A stretch of 64,000 nt of DNA from Candidatus Cloacimonadales bacterium (GCA_963662275.1 OY759316.1:1312001-1376000), one strand, 5' to 3'; positions 1 through 11,582 are shown, numbered from the stretch's first letter. The notes: generated by a model not told the origin, from the letters alone. Numbers and translations are program-made.

Positions 1-432
1 AATACAGGGAGATTTGACAGTTGCATTCCAGATGGGTTTATAATTGGTATCTAGTTGTGGATTAACATATTTGATTCCTGGATTGCTCAATGGATTCACC
101 GTATAACCCACGATACTTGCTGAACCGCTTGCATTACGAAATATATTATAAGAAAGCTGAAGTTCAGAGGAAACGGGTGTGGAATAAAAAGAAAGTCCTT
201 CATGATGGTTATCAAAGATATTGTTATGAATATCAGTATAACATTGATGTCCGCTGTCTTTCTGAATATAAACACCTTTGTAATTATTGGCAAAGGTATT
301 ATTCCGCAATTTGATGGGGTTCAGTTCAGTTCCGCTGTTATGAAGACAAATACATGTGGAAGGGAAACCCTGGTTATTGTTTGGATTATACCAGTTATCC
401 GTCAGAACGTTATTTGTGATTTCGACATTGTT
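1..432 (-). pseudogene. 5'-truncated fragment of a paralog of the large hydrolase/beta-helix CTD protein (6342-11040); runs off the left edge
   Basis: Not in the ORF track. The minus frame is open from ~468 to 1 and reads NNVEITNNVLTDNW...CLHNSGTELNPIKLRNNTFANN...LSYNIF...NPGIKYVNPQLDTNYKPIWNATVKSPCI. This aligns by eye to ENVEICYN...LLNSGTTSHPVYVHNNT...MSYNDIF...NPGMIYTDPQLSSDFRPIWNATTKSICI of the 1547-aa ORF. The RBS-preceded ATG at 428 is out of frame and stops after 8 codons. Confidence 0.75.
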
Positions 433-449
433 TCTCCATATTTTATTAT

Positions 450-475
450 CATGTAGGGAGCAAGCTCCCTACATG
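450..475 (-). promoter_or_regulatory. Conserved 5' leader stem-loop (copy 1)
   Basis: Minus strand reads CATGTAGGGAG-CTTG-CTCCCTACATG, just upstream of GGAG and the ATG at 428. Confidence 0.6.
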
Positions 476-493
476 AATTACGATGTAACATTC

Positions 494-851
494 GGTAGTA
501 GTATCCTTCAGATTACTTTCAAATCATCACTAAAGACAGTGACTACCGCCAGGTAGTAGTATCCTTCAGGTTACTGTAAAATAGCACAAGCTAAAGACAG
601 TGACTACGGACCGGTAGTAGTATCCTTCAGGTTACTGTAAAATAGCACAAGCTGAAGACAGTGACTACGGACCGGTAGTAGTATCCTTCAGGTTACTGTA
701 AAATAGCACAAGCTAAAGACAGTGACTACGGACCGGTAGTAGTATCCTTCAGGTTACTGTAAAATAGCACAAGCTAAAGACAGTGACTACCGCCAGGTAG
801 TAGTATCCTTCAGGTTACTGTAAATTAACACAAGCTGAAGCAGTAGCCACC
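494..851. repeat. Tandem array of six ~61-bp units, each a pair of convergent GTAG-tagged REP-like palindromes
   Basis: Unit GGTAGTAGTATCCTTCAGGTTACTGTAAAATAGCACAAGCTAAAGACAGTGACTACGGACC starts at 494, 552, 613, 674, 735 and 796. First and last units are diverged. No unique spacers. Confidence 0.9.
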
Positions 852-912
852 CTTGTCCTCTACCACTTTTAATTTTTAATCTTTAATTTTTAATTGAAAT
901 GAAGCTGCTGCT

Positions 913-3324
913 TCATTTCACCACCATCATCTTATGAACAGCCTGGTACTTTCCTGCATTGAGCTTCACGATGTAAACACCTGAACTAATCTCACGATTC
1001 TGGTCATTCTTGAGATTCCAGGCTGTGGAGTAAGGTACTTCTGTTTGACTGAAGCCTGTCTTATCTTTGGTTAAAGAACGCATATCATTCATACTGCTGG
1101 AAACTTCAATGGATTTGACAAGTTGCCCTCTGATATTGAAGATTTCTATCATAGGTGATTTAGTTGACTTCTCGGGTAAGCTGAATTCCAGGAACACGGC
1201 ATGTGATCTTGTACCATTCAGATAGACCGGATTCGGATAAGTTGTAAAGGACACTTCAGGGTCATATATCCCTTGAACATCATCATGATTGCCCACAGGC
1301 ACCGAACCAAACTCATAACAGCCCATATCGATTCTGCCATCCCATACCCGGTGATTACCGGCTAAGTCCATAACCGAAATATTCAAGCCGGTTGTATCCT
1401 GGAGACCTGCATTGATACAGGGTGAGCTTGAACTTAATTGATAATACGCAGGATCAGATATAGGAAGAGAGTTATTGAGCATACCTGCAAATAAGGGATT
1501 GCTGTTCAGCAGCAGGTTATTCTGCTGCACATATTCCAAATGATCAGCAGCCACAGTCCGATGCAATAATGTATTGCTGATCGTAGGATGGTACTGAACC
1601 TCATCGAAGGTCATAAAACTTACATCCCAGTACATATCAGGATTATAGAAGATACTATTTCGGATATCCGCTTCTCCATTGATTTGAACCGGACATGTAT
1701 CACTGCCCCTGTTGTTGGCAATGGTGCAGTTACTGATCTGCATTCTCTGGAAATTATTGTGCAGGGAAACCAGGGAGCTCGCCCAGGGATCATTGATCTC
1801 GGAGTAGTTATTAACGATCAGCATATTGGACATATCCAGGCTGTACGCAGACTCTTCTTCATTCACATTCTGATAAAAGAAGACATAGGTATTATCTGTC
1901 GTGCAATTTGAAATAATACTGTTACGGATTGTAACATCTGATTCCCAGATTTCAAATCCCACATTATTCCCATTGTATCCGTTAATCTGCATGTTATCAG
2001 CGATACAATTATTCATGATTAGATTATCAACATAGAGCATACGGAATGCCGTGTTACCGTCATCATTCACAGTCGAGTTATGTACCAGGATATTTTCTAA
2101 TACTATATCGCGACTATCTGAACCATCAATTCCATCTGTATAACCAGCATTTCCATCGAACTCCAAATCTCTAAAAATAGCACTATAAGTATTACTAAAT
2201 CCCACTGGCGCACCAGATTCAGGATATCCAACAAATTTGAGATTTCTGACCTCAATATCGTTTTTGTTGGCAACACCAATATAATATCTCAGAGCATTAT
2301 TCTCATCTAAAATCGTTGTTTCTGAACTATCGCCAATCAGTTTCATATGTGATTTTAATCTTAAAGGGAAAAACTGCTCATTTCCAGTGATTGAATATAT
2401 ACCGGGTGACAGGTGGATGGTTTTTGGATTTAGGCTATCCGGTTGAATGACTTGAATCGCATGATAAATAGTTTTAAAGGGATTATTTGATGAAAGACCT
2501 GAATTCGTGTCATCCCCACCCGGAGAAACGTAAAGATCATGGTTAATTAAGCTATAATAAGGGTGCTGAACAGTAATATGAACATTTGATGAAGAACTAA
2601 AGAAATAGCTGTCAGGTTCCGTTAGTTCAATACTGAAGATATCGAAATCTACATGTAATGTGTCCGGAACGTCTCTCATAAACACATCTCGATTCTTATT
2701 GTTGTAAATGCTATTAGGATGAGCAGAATCGAATTGTATAATGGAATTGCTGTTAGCCTCAATTGTCAATCCCCCTGCAAGATTAGTTCCAATGCAATTA
2801 CGAATGGAAGTATTGGACATATTAAATCCTGTTCCGTGAAAATAGACTCCCCCCCCCGGTGCTATACAATTCTGGACGATACAGTTGAGTATTGAAACAC
2901 TTGAATGATTGGTAATTTCAATACCTCCTCCCCATACGCCATCATTATCCGCATCATAATAATCAGGGATCAGATTCACCGGATCGTTATTAGTAAAAGT
3001 AAAACCATTGATCGTGACAGTTTCACCATTATCTATCTCGATACAGGAAGATACTGTGGTAGGATGGATAACAGTGTTATCGATTGTTTCCTGGGAAAGT
3101 GTGGTTGGGAACAAACTTTGCAGTGTGATGGATTTTCCGTTTGTTTCTAGTGCTTCTGAATAGACACCCGGATACACTTGAATAATATCTCCATTAACAG
3201 ATGCATCTATGGCAGACTGGATAGAAGTGTATTGGGTTGTTCCATCCAGATTTACGGTAAGGGTTGCAGCACTCAGCATTCCAACCATAAACACAAGCAA
3301 GATAAAGGAAATCCATTTAAACAT
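913..3324 (-). CDS. Secreted right-handed beta-helix (pectin-lyase-like/DUF1565-like) protein with choice-of-anchor-Q-like segment and FlgD-Ig/T9SS-A-like CTD
   Basis: Signal peptide MFKWISFILLVFMVGMLSA; YTSIQSAID..GD.I.V.PG.Y; LYVSPGGDDTNSG...PFKTI; YQLSSSSPCINAG..DLAGNHRV..RIDMGCYEF; YPNP...IFNIRGQLVK...SSGVYIVKL; GGAG RBS. Confidence 0.85.
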   Translation of the reverse strand: MFKWISFILLVFMVGMLSAATLTVNLDGTTQYTSIQSAIDASVNGDIIQVYPGVYSEALETNGKSITLQSLFPTTLSQETIDNTVIHPTTVSSCIEIDNGETVTINGFTFTNNDPVNLIPDYYDADNDGVWGGGIEITNHSSVSILNCIVQNCIAPGGGVYFHGTGFNMSNTSIRNCIGTNLAGGLTIEANSNSIIQFDSAHPNSIYNNKNRDVFMRDVPDTLHVDFDIFSIELTEPDSYFFSSSSNVHITVQHPYYSLINHDLYVSPGGDDTNSGLSSNNPFKTIYHAIQVIQPDSLNPKTIHLSPGIYSITGNEQFFPLRLKSHMKLIGDSSETTILDENNALRYYIGVANKNDIEVRNLKFVGYPESGAPVGFSNTYSAIFRDLEFDGNAGYTDGIDGSDSRDIVLENILVHNSTVNDDGNTAFRMLYVDNLIMNNCIADNMQINGYNGNNVGFEIWESDVTIRNSIISNCTTDNTYVFFYQNVNEEESAYSLDMSNMLIVNNYSEINDPWASSLVSLHNNFQRMQISNCTIANNRGSDTCPVQINGEADIRNSIFYNPDMYWDVSFMTFDEVQYHPTISNTLLHRTVAADHLEYVQQNNLLLNSNPLFAGMLNNSLPISDPAYYQLSSSSPCINAGLQDTTGLNISVMDLAGNHRVWDGRIDMGCYEFGSVPVGNHDDVQGIYDPEVSFTTYPNPVYLNGTRSHAVFLEFSLPEKSTKSPMIEIFNIRGQLVKSIEVSSSMNDMRSLTKDKTGFSQTEVPYSTAWNLKNDQNREISSGVYIVKLNAGKYQAVHKMMVVK

Positions 3325-3343
3325 TGTTACTCCATTTTTTGAT

Positions 3344-3371
3344 TAGGCAGGGAGCTTTCGCTCCCCACCTG
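3344..3371 (-). promoter_or_regulatory. Conserved 5' leader stem-loop (copy 2)
   Basis: Minus strand reads AGGTGGGGAGC-GAAA-GCTCCCTGCCT. It has two G-U pairs, so it folds fully only on the mRNA strand. It lies just upstream of the RBS of 913-3324. Confidence 0.65.
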
Positions 3372-3389
3372 AATTACGATGTAACATTC

Positions 3390-3628
3390 GGTAGTAGTAT
3401 CCTTCAGGTTACTGTAAAATAGCACAAGCTAAAGACAGTGACTACGGACCGGTAGTAGTATCCTTCAGGTTACTGTAAAATAGCACAAGCTAAAGACAGT
3501 GACTACGGACCGGTAGTAGTATCCTTCAGGTTACTGTAAAATAGCACAAGCTAAAGACAGTGACTACCGCCAGGTAGTAGTATCCTTCAGGTTACTGTAA
3601 ATTAACACAAGCTGAAGCAGTAGCCACC
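3390..3628. repeat. Tandem array of four 61-bp REP-doublet units (same family as 494-851)
   Basis: Units start at 3390, 3451, 3512 and 3573. Confidence 0.9.
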
Positions 3629-3689
3629 CTTGTCCTCTACCACTTTTAATTTTTAATCTTTAATTTTTAATTGAAATGAAGCTGCTGCT

Positions 3690-6107
3690 TCATTTCACCA
3701 CCATCATCTTATGAACAGCCTGGTACTTTCCTGCATTGAGCTTCACGATGTAAACACCTGAACTAATCTCACGATTCTGGTCATTCTTGAGATTCCAGGC
3801 TGTGGAGTAAGGTACTTCTGTTTGACTGAAGCCTGTCTTATCTTTGGTTAAAGAACGCATATCATTCATACTGCTGGAAACTTCAATGGATTTGACAAGT
3901 TGCCCTCTGATATTGAAGATTTCTATCATAGGTGATTTAGTTGACTTCTCGGGTAAGCTGAATTCCAGGAACACGGCATGTGATCTTGTACCATTCAGAT
4001 AGACCGGATTCGGATAAGTGTATAGTGTAGCACCCACTTCAGCGGGTATTTCCTCTTCATCAATCCCCACAGGCATCGAACCAAATTCATAACAGCCCAT
4101 ATCGATTCTGCTATCCCATACCCGATGATTACCTGCTAAGTCCATAATCGGAATATTCAAGCCGGTTGTATCCTGGAGACCTGCATTGATGCAGGGAGAG
4201 CTTGAGCTTAATTGATAATAGGCAGGATCAGAGACAGTTAGAGTATCGCTGAATGCTCCTGCAAATAAGGGATTGCTGTTCAGGAGCAGGTTATTCTGCT
4301 GCACATATTCCAAATGATCAGCAGCCACAGTCCGATGCAATAATGTATTGCTGATCGTGGGATGGTACTGAACCTCATCGAAGGTCAAGAAACCTACATC
4401 CCAGTACATATCAGGATTATAGAAGATACTATTTCGGACATCTACTTCTCCATTAATTTCAATGGGGCATGTATCACTTCCCCTGTTGTTGGCAATCGTG
4501 CAGTTACTGATCTGCATTCTCTGGAAATTATTGTGCAGGGAAACCAGGGAGCTTGCCCAGGGGTCATTGATCTCGGAGAAGTTATTAACGATCAGCATAT
4601 TGGACATATCCAGGCTATATGCAGACTCTTCTTCATTCACATTCTGATAAAAAAGGACATAGGCATTATCTGTCGTGCAATTTGAGATAATACTATTGCG
4701 GATAGAAACATCTGATTCCCAGATTTCAAATCCCACATTATTCGCATTGTATCCGTTAATCTGCAAGTTATCAGCGATACAATTATTCATCACCAGATTA
4801 TCAACATACATCATGCGAAATGCCGTGTTACCGTCATCATTCACTGTCGAGTTATGTACCAGAATATTTTCCAATACAACATCGTGACTATCTGAACCAT
4901 CAATTCCATCTGTATTACCCGCATTCCCATCAAACTCCAGGTTTTTGAAGATTATATCATTAGATTCGTAAAAACCTGCAGGTGCTCCATATTCTGGATA
5001 GCCAACAAACCTTATATTACTTACTTCTACATTATTTTGATAACCAACTGTCAAATAATAGTATCTATTAGCATGATTCTCATCAAGTATAGTCGTTTGA
5101 GAACTATCTCCATTTAATCTTGTATTAGATTTTAAACGCAGCGGGAAAAACTGTTCATTCCCAAGAATTGAATAGATTCCTGCCGCCAAATGAATGGTTT
5201 TTGGATTCAGACTGTCAGACTGAATGATCTTTGTTGCATAGTGTATATTTCTTAATGGATCAGATTCAGTAAGTCCCGAATTGGCATCATTGCCATCGGG
5301 AGATACATAAAGGTCATGATTGACCAAGTTAAAATACGGATTATGTACATTGATATGAACATCTGGACAATCAATTACATAAAAGAAAAAATTGTCCGGT
5401 TGATTAAGAATGACACTGAATATGTTAAACGTGATTTGTAGAGTGTTCGGAACGTCTCTCATAAACACATCTCGATTCTTATTGTTGTATATACTATTAC
5501 GATGAACCGAGTCGAATTGTATAATGGAATTACTGTTAGCCTCGATTGTCAATCCCCCGGCAAGCTCAGTTCCAATGCAATTACGTATGGTAGTATTGGA
5601 CATATTAAATCCTGTCCCATCGAAATATATCCCACCACAAGGAGCTATACTGTTTTTAATCACGCAATTCAGTAAGAAAATACTGGATTGATCTGTTACT
5701 TCAACACACCCCCCAAAATAGCCATCCTGGTTCGCATCATAATATTCAGGGATCAGATTCACAGGATCGTTATTAGTGAAAGTAAAACCATTGATCGTGA
5801 CAGTTTCACCATGATCTATCTCGATACAGGAAGATACCGTTGAAGGATGGATAACAGTGTTGTCGATTGTTTCCTGGGAAAGTGTGGTTGGATACAAGCT
5901 TTGCAGAGTGATGGATTTCCCGTTTGTTTCAAGGGCTTCTGCATAGACTCCCGGATACACTTGTATAATATCTCCATTAACAGAAGCATCTATGGCAGAC
6001 TGGATCGTAGTATATGGAGCGCTTCCATCCAGATTTACGGTAAGGGTTGCAGCACTCAGCATACCAACCATACACACAAGCAAAATCAAGGAAATCCATT
6101 TAAACAT
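3690..6107 (-). CDS. Secreted beta-helix/CTD protein, tandem paralog of 913-3324
   Basis: Same architecture as 913-3324. The CTD is identical at DNA level (offset 2777) while the middle region is diverged. Confidence 0.85.
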   Translation of the reverse strand: MFKWISLILLVCMVGMLSAATLTVNLDGSAPYTTIQSAIDASVNGDIIQVYPGVYAEALETNGKSITLQSLYPTTLSQETIDNTVIHPSTVSSCIEIDHGETVTINGFTFTNNDPVNLIPEYYDANQDGYFGGCVEVTDQSSIFLLNCVIKNSIAPCGGIYFDGTGFNMSNTTIRNCIGTELAGGLTIEANSNSIIQFDSVHRNSIYNNKNRDVFMRDVPNTLQITFNIFSVILNQPDNFFFYVIDCPDVHINVHNPYFNLVNHDLYVSPDGNDANSGLTESDPLRNIHYATKIIQSDSLNPKTIHLAAGIYSILGNEQFFPLRLKSNTRLNGDSSQTTILDENHANRYYYLTVGYQNNVEVSNIRFVGYPEYGAPAGFYESNDIIFKNLEFDGNAGNTDGIDGSDSHDVVLENILVHNSTVNDDGNTAFRMMYVDNLVMNNCIADNLQINGYNANNVGFEIWESDVSIRNSIISNCTTDNAYVLFYQNVNEEESAYSLDMSNMLIVNNFSEINDPWASSLVSLHNNFQRMQISNCTIANNRGSDTCPIEINGEVDVRNSIFYNPDMYWDVGFLTFDEVQYHPTISNTLLHRTVAADHLEYVQQNNLLLNSNPLFAGAFSDTLTVSDPAYYQLSSSSPCINAGLQDTTGLNIPIMDLAGNHRVWDSRIDMGCYEFGSMPVGIDEEEIPAEVGATLYTYPNPVYLNGTRSHAVFLEFSLPEKSTKSPMIEIFNIRGQLVKSIEVSSSMNDMRSLTKDKTGFSQTEVPYSTAWNLKNDQNREISSGVYIVKLNAGKYQAVHKMMVVK

Positions 6108-6126
6108 TCTTACTCCATATTTTGAT

Positions 6127-6153
6127 TAGGCAGGGAGCTTTCGCTCCCCACCT
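6127..6153 (-). promoter_or_regulatory. Conserved 5' leader stem-loop (copy 3)
   Basis: Same hairpin as 3344-3371, upstream of the RBS of 3690-6107. Confidence 0.65.
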
Positions 6154-6341
6154 GGATTATAATCTGTACCCCCTTCTGATCTCCCTCCCTTTGGATAAAG
6201 GGAGGGGTCAGGGGAGAGTTTGATTCATTTATGAACCTATATATTATTTGGCATGGATTCTCGCATTCGCAAGAATGACAATAAGATGTACCGTATTGTC
6301 TGTCTAGAACCTAGCATCTAGCACCTTCTTCCATTTCTGCA

Positions 6342-9300
6342 TTACTTCATCAGTATCATTTTCTTCGTCAAGCTATTCTTATCAGCATTCAACCGGTAGA
6401 AGTAAACACCGGAGGAAACTTGATTACCGTTGTCATCTCTCCCATCCCATTTAGAGGAATAGAAGCCGGCAGCTTTTGTTTCATTTACCAATGTCCTGAC
6501 TTTTTGTCCTTTGATGTTAAACACATCTAATGTTACCTTAGATTCATTTACCAGAGAAAACCTGATAATAGTATCAGGATTGAAGGGATTGGGATAATTG
6601 CCCATCAAGGCAGTTACCATTGGTAACTGGGGATTATCTGCATCGGGATTATCCAATTTGATTTTGATGTAATTACCACTATGGTTTAACGATGCAAATT
6701 GCGTCGTATAGGTTCCGGTATGATTGTCCAATACCTGGTAGGTTGGATTAGCCTGGGAGCCGGATTTAATAGGAGACCAATACTTGAATTCGACAGTCTT
6801 GCCTTCCAAAACAGGATCATCCAGGATATAGGCTTTCAGTTGGATTTCCTCTCCTTTGATTTTTTCAGCGCCTTTGCACACACCATCGACATAAATAGCA
6901 ATTTCAGCGGGAGCTTTACCTTCTTCATAACCGGAAAGATCTAAATAGGCGAAGATAGGCAAGTAATCTATTTTTTCATTATAGACGAAATGCTCTGCTT
7001 TTTCTCGTTTGAAAATCGGAGAAATTGGGGGTTCAGGATTTTCTCCGCCCCAATGAAATTGCATATCAGAAGTTCCGATATATCTCACGGCAACCATTTC
7101 TCCGGGGTTGATTACAAATCCGCCTTCATGTCCTGCTGACATTGGTCCGATCCAAGTATCAGAGTATGTAAGCATGTTATTCGCATTTAAGACCAGCTCT
7201 CTTTCCATACACCATTCCTGGGATTTGATGGCAACGATATGGGGAAGAACAGATGTTAATGCAACAAAGGGATTCATGCTTTTATCGAGGAAATAGCCCA
7301 GCCAAACTTCCCGTTCCAGAACTCCTGTCTCCGGGTTAACTGTACATCCGTTTGCACCAGCTACCGGCGGCATTAATTCGAGAGAAGTTATAGGGTTTCC
7401 AGGATTACCTGGCTGGAAACCATCAAATTCTATTTGCTTTGTTTCCGGACCAGCATCCTGGCGTAATTTGATCTTATAGCCATATTGTGATCTGACGTGA
7501 TGATTGGGGTCAGAAAAATAAAATAAAGATGAGTTTAGTCCCCAAACAACTCTTCCACTTTCCGTATTATATAGCCATTGCAGATCTTCCATCGTACGAT
7601 ATTGATTACCAGATAGAAAGAGATCATTCTCTCTAAAGTTATTGAACACATTCGTGATATTATCAGCATATCGGGATGAATTTGGATAATCGATTGCTGG
7701 AATACTGACCCAATTCCAGACTTCACTTTTCTCCAGGGTGATCAAACCGTTTCTGTGACCTGTATTCCAGGGAGTGAGGGCACCGATATCGAAACGGGAA
7801 TGATCGGTATCTTCATCCCAGGGGAGATAATCCGAATGAAGGAGTGGATAAGGATCAGGGTCACCTGCATCGATGCAGATAGATTTTGTTGTGGCATTCC
7901 ATATGGGTCTAAAATCGGAGGAAAGTTGCGGATCGGTATAGATCATACCTGGATTGGCTGAAAGATTTGGTATATAGCCATTAACATCAATACCAGTCCC
8001 TCCTGCAGAGTAATGAAAAATATCATTATATGACATTTGAATTCTTTGCGAAGGAAAATTACTGAAGGAAATACCATAAGATAGGTTTTTTACTACATTA
8101 TTAGTAATTTTAACATATCCTTTAGGTTCATCGTTAGTAGTCCGCTCATTCTTTATTCCACATTGATTATGATCAATAGTATTGTTATGAACATATACAG
8201 GATGTGACGTTGTTCCACTATTCAGCAAATTTATGCTGTATACTGGATTTTCAGGATCCTCTTCATTTGAGTTTGAATAAATCAGATTGTAACAGATTTC
8301 CACATTTTCTGCGTTTACGCACTTGATTGTAGTAGACTGTTCAGAAAATTGTGCATGATTGTTATAAATAGTGCAGCCTGTGATTAATTTAGGAGATGAG
8401 CCTGTAATGTATATAGCTCCTTCATTACCTACATCGTTATCATGAATTTTACAATTTTGAATCGTTGTCATATCTGCCGCAACTGAATTAAGGAACAGGG
8501 CTCCCATATCGTCGGAAGTATGATTACCATATATTTCACAATCTCGTATAACTGAAGGGACATTAGAACTAAGAACAGTACCAACACCTGGAGAGCAGCA
8601 ATCAGTTAATATACAATTTTCTACAGTTGCCATTTCAATTGCACCAGATAGACTTATACCACGGTTGCAATTTTCATTAAAGCGAGTAACGGTTAGATTC
8701 CTAAGAGTGATATATGGAATATCAAAGCAATTAATGGCAGAATTGTTTAAGTCTCCGCCCTTAATTATAACACCATCTGATTCACCTTCCAAGGTAAGTG
8801 AAGGAATATGACCATCACTGTGTAAATACAATGTTCCCGGATATTCTCCCCGATAAACTTTAATTACAATTGGGCTGTTATCATAATCTGGTCCATTAAC
8901 AACTCCCCAAATGTAAGATAACGCATCATTAATTGTCTGAAAACTAACATTATTAGTTTGTCCTACTAATATGTTGCCATAAGAAAAAGGAAATAAAGAA
9001 ACATTCGCTGATGGAAATGAATTGATCGTTCCATGTGTTTCATTATAATCGAAATGGAAATGTTTAGTTGTTGGAATATAGCCGGATTTAATGAAAACAA
9101 GTTTTACATCTGCATCATTCATTAAAGTATAAGGAACTCTAAAGGTTCCATCAGATTGGACATGATCGCAATCAGATCCTAAGACTAATTCATAACTGCC
9201 AATATATGCTTTGATCGTAATGTTGCTATGATCAAAGTTCGATACACTTCCTGATATTATACTTGTTGCTCTGTTCATCGGGTTTGATGACCATTCTAAT

Positions 9301-11040
9301 ACTCTGGCAATAACATTACTCGCCGTAGCATTCGTATAATCATCATCTAAACCATGTTTCCAAAACCAGGAAGGATCGGATGAAGGTTGCTTGTACATTA
9401 CTTCATCAAAATAGGAGTGATCTTTTATGTATTCCTGTTTAGCTTCTGGAGTTGTGACATTAGAAGGGAAACTGAATGCATTATAATTGCTGATTAAAAA
9501 TTGGTTATCGATATTATTTGGATTTGAATTACTTGCCGGTTTTAAATAAAGAGCAGATCTTGTTGGAACGAGAACCGGATCATAATTGAGAGGAAATATG
9601 TCATCATCGGATTTGAAACCAAATGTTGAACCAGGCTGTTTATCATAATCTTCACCATGAGTAGTGTAAGAACCTACCATCAACCACCAGGAAATAATAT
9701 CATCATTACCATTTTCTACACCACTGAGTTCGAGACTTCCATTCGATATCGCAACACATTTAATATTATTTTGCTTGTAAGGAAATCCCGGTCTGGGGTT
9801 AGATAATGAATTTAAAACTACCGTTGAATGGTTTGACCAATGATCTTCCACGTTTATCTCAGAGAAAAATCTGTTACATTCATTAGTACCATCAATATAT
9901 GCTTGATTTGAATTTGAAGCTCCAGCATACTTATTTGTCCTGATCAACTGTTTAGCTGAATCTGAAGTTAGACCTTTTTTGAAAATATCAGTCGCTTTTA
10001 GTGCTTTATTTAAATCAGATCCAAGATGTGAGAAACCCGCATATCCGGCGGCTAATAAGTAACTATTCATATCTTCAACACTTTGTTGAAAATTAACATT
10101 CAGTGATGCTCCTCTTTGTGGACTATCGATCGCAATATATTCAGAACAAAAATGCTGGATATTATGTTCTTCAGCAAACGCTAAGGCGTATCTGGATAAA
10201 ATACCTCCTAATGAAAATCCGGCTACTATTGTGCCTTCAATCATCGCATTTGGGTAGCTATCAGTAATATGATTGTGGACATATTGTATTGCCTGAAGAG
10301 TTGACATTGCATTCAGTCTAGCGTCTCTACGGCTATCCCTAAACATGAGCATATATATATCTTTTGAGTTTAAATCAAGATTAGGATCTGCAGCAAGCAC
10401 GTCGTTTAAATGAGTTGTCCAATATTCAAAACGGCTGTGGTTATTAACGGGATCATCACCATCGACAAATAGAACAGGCTGATTAACCCCTATTGCTGTT
10501 ACTCTATTTTGAAAATGGTACAGCATATCTCCGTTTTGATTCTGAAAAACACACCAGGGAGGAAGAACAGTAAATTGAAGCCTTTCTTCTTCTGGAAAAT
10601 CCATTGTATCAACTAAAGTTGCTCCGCTAGCAGTTAACCAAACACCAAATTCAATAGTATGCTTTCCATAACTTAAATTGGTTAAAGTACAAATTTGATA
10701 AAGATCATCATGCCCAATAACAATACTATAGGTTTCAGTATCACCACCATCAACACGGATTTTTACAATAAAATGATTAGTTGCCCCTATCGAGGGTTTT
10801 CCGATTCTAAATGGCACATCAGTCGTCGAAGTCCAAGAATTAACATACTTATTATAACTACATATTCCTAAACAATCAGTTCCATCTAGATTTACGTCCA
10901 AGTTGTAATAATTAGTTGCATTATATGTTCCCTCAGGGGGATAAACGAGATCGACAAGATTTGGGGCTTTGATAATGTTCTGCAAATAAAGTTGAAAAGC
11001 AGATTAGATAAAAGACAAGGAATATGAATAGATATTTCAT
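6342..11040 (-). CDS. Large secreted protein: alpha/beta-hydrolase domain, beta-helix, conserved unknown module and FlgD-Ig/T9SS-A-like CTD; frameshifted just after the signal peptide
   Basis: GFSLGG nucleophile elbow and DSPQRGA; beta-helix repeats; C-terminal NYPNPFNP...VFNIKGQKVRTL...WDGRDDNG..VSSGVYFY. The likely true start is ATG 11040 (AGGAGTAAAA RBS; MKYLFIFLVFYLICFSTLFA signal peptide), which is in a different frame from the long ORF 6342-10985. Confidence 0.8.
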
Positions 11041-11582
11041 TTTTACTCCTACTGTTACGCATTAGGTTAGTAATCACAAGGTCATCTTTTAAATGATCGT
11101 TTACTATCGAAGTTCAGAATTTCAAGACACAATTTCCCTACTCATAATATAAGTGCAGGATAATCGGAAAGTTGGTGGACAGATTATAGATAACTGAATC
11201 ATTGGTGAGAAGATAAAGAGTTCAATTGGAAATTAACAACTGCAGCGATTACGATTTTAATTCATTATAGACATTCTTGCGCTGTAATTTATACAAACTT
11301 GATAACCGTGTCTGATTTATATAATTAGCTGCAATAAATCAGATAACAAATTCGATATGAAAAGTAATAGCAACAGCGTCCAAAATTATCTGAAAGAATA
11401 TATCATATGTTATATTTCTCTTGCCGATTTTCAGGTATAAAAACAAATGACATTTGGAATATGAATAATAATTTCAATAAAAACACGGTTAGAGACTTTT
11501 TTTCTTGCCTATTTTAGCAGAATAATCCATGTTTGAATCATAAATAAATCATGATATAAGAATTGAAATTCGAGGAGGAAAT

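Noticed and set aside
480..6340. Integron cassette array (genes separated by repeats)
   Set aside because: The repeats lack a recognisable attC RYYYAAC...GTTRRRY organisation, the genes are large paralogs, and no integrase is present.
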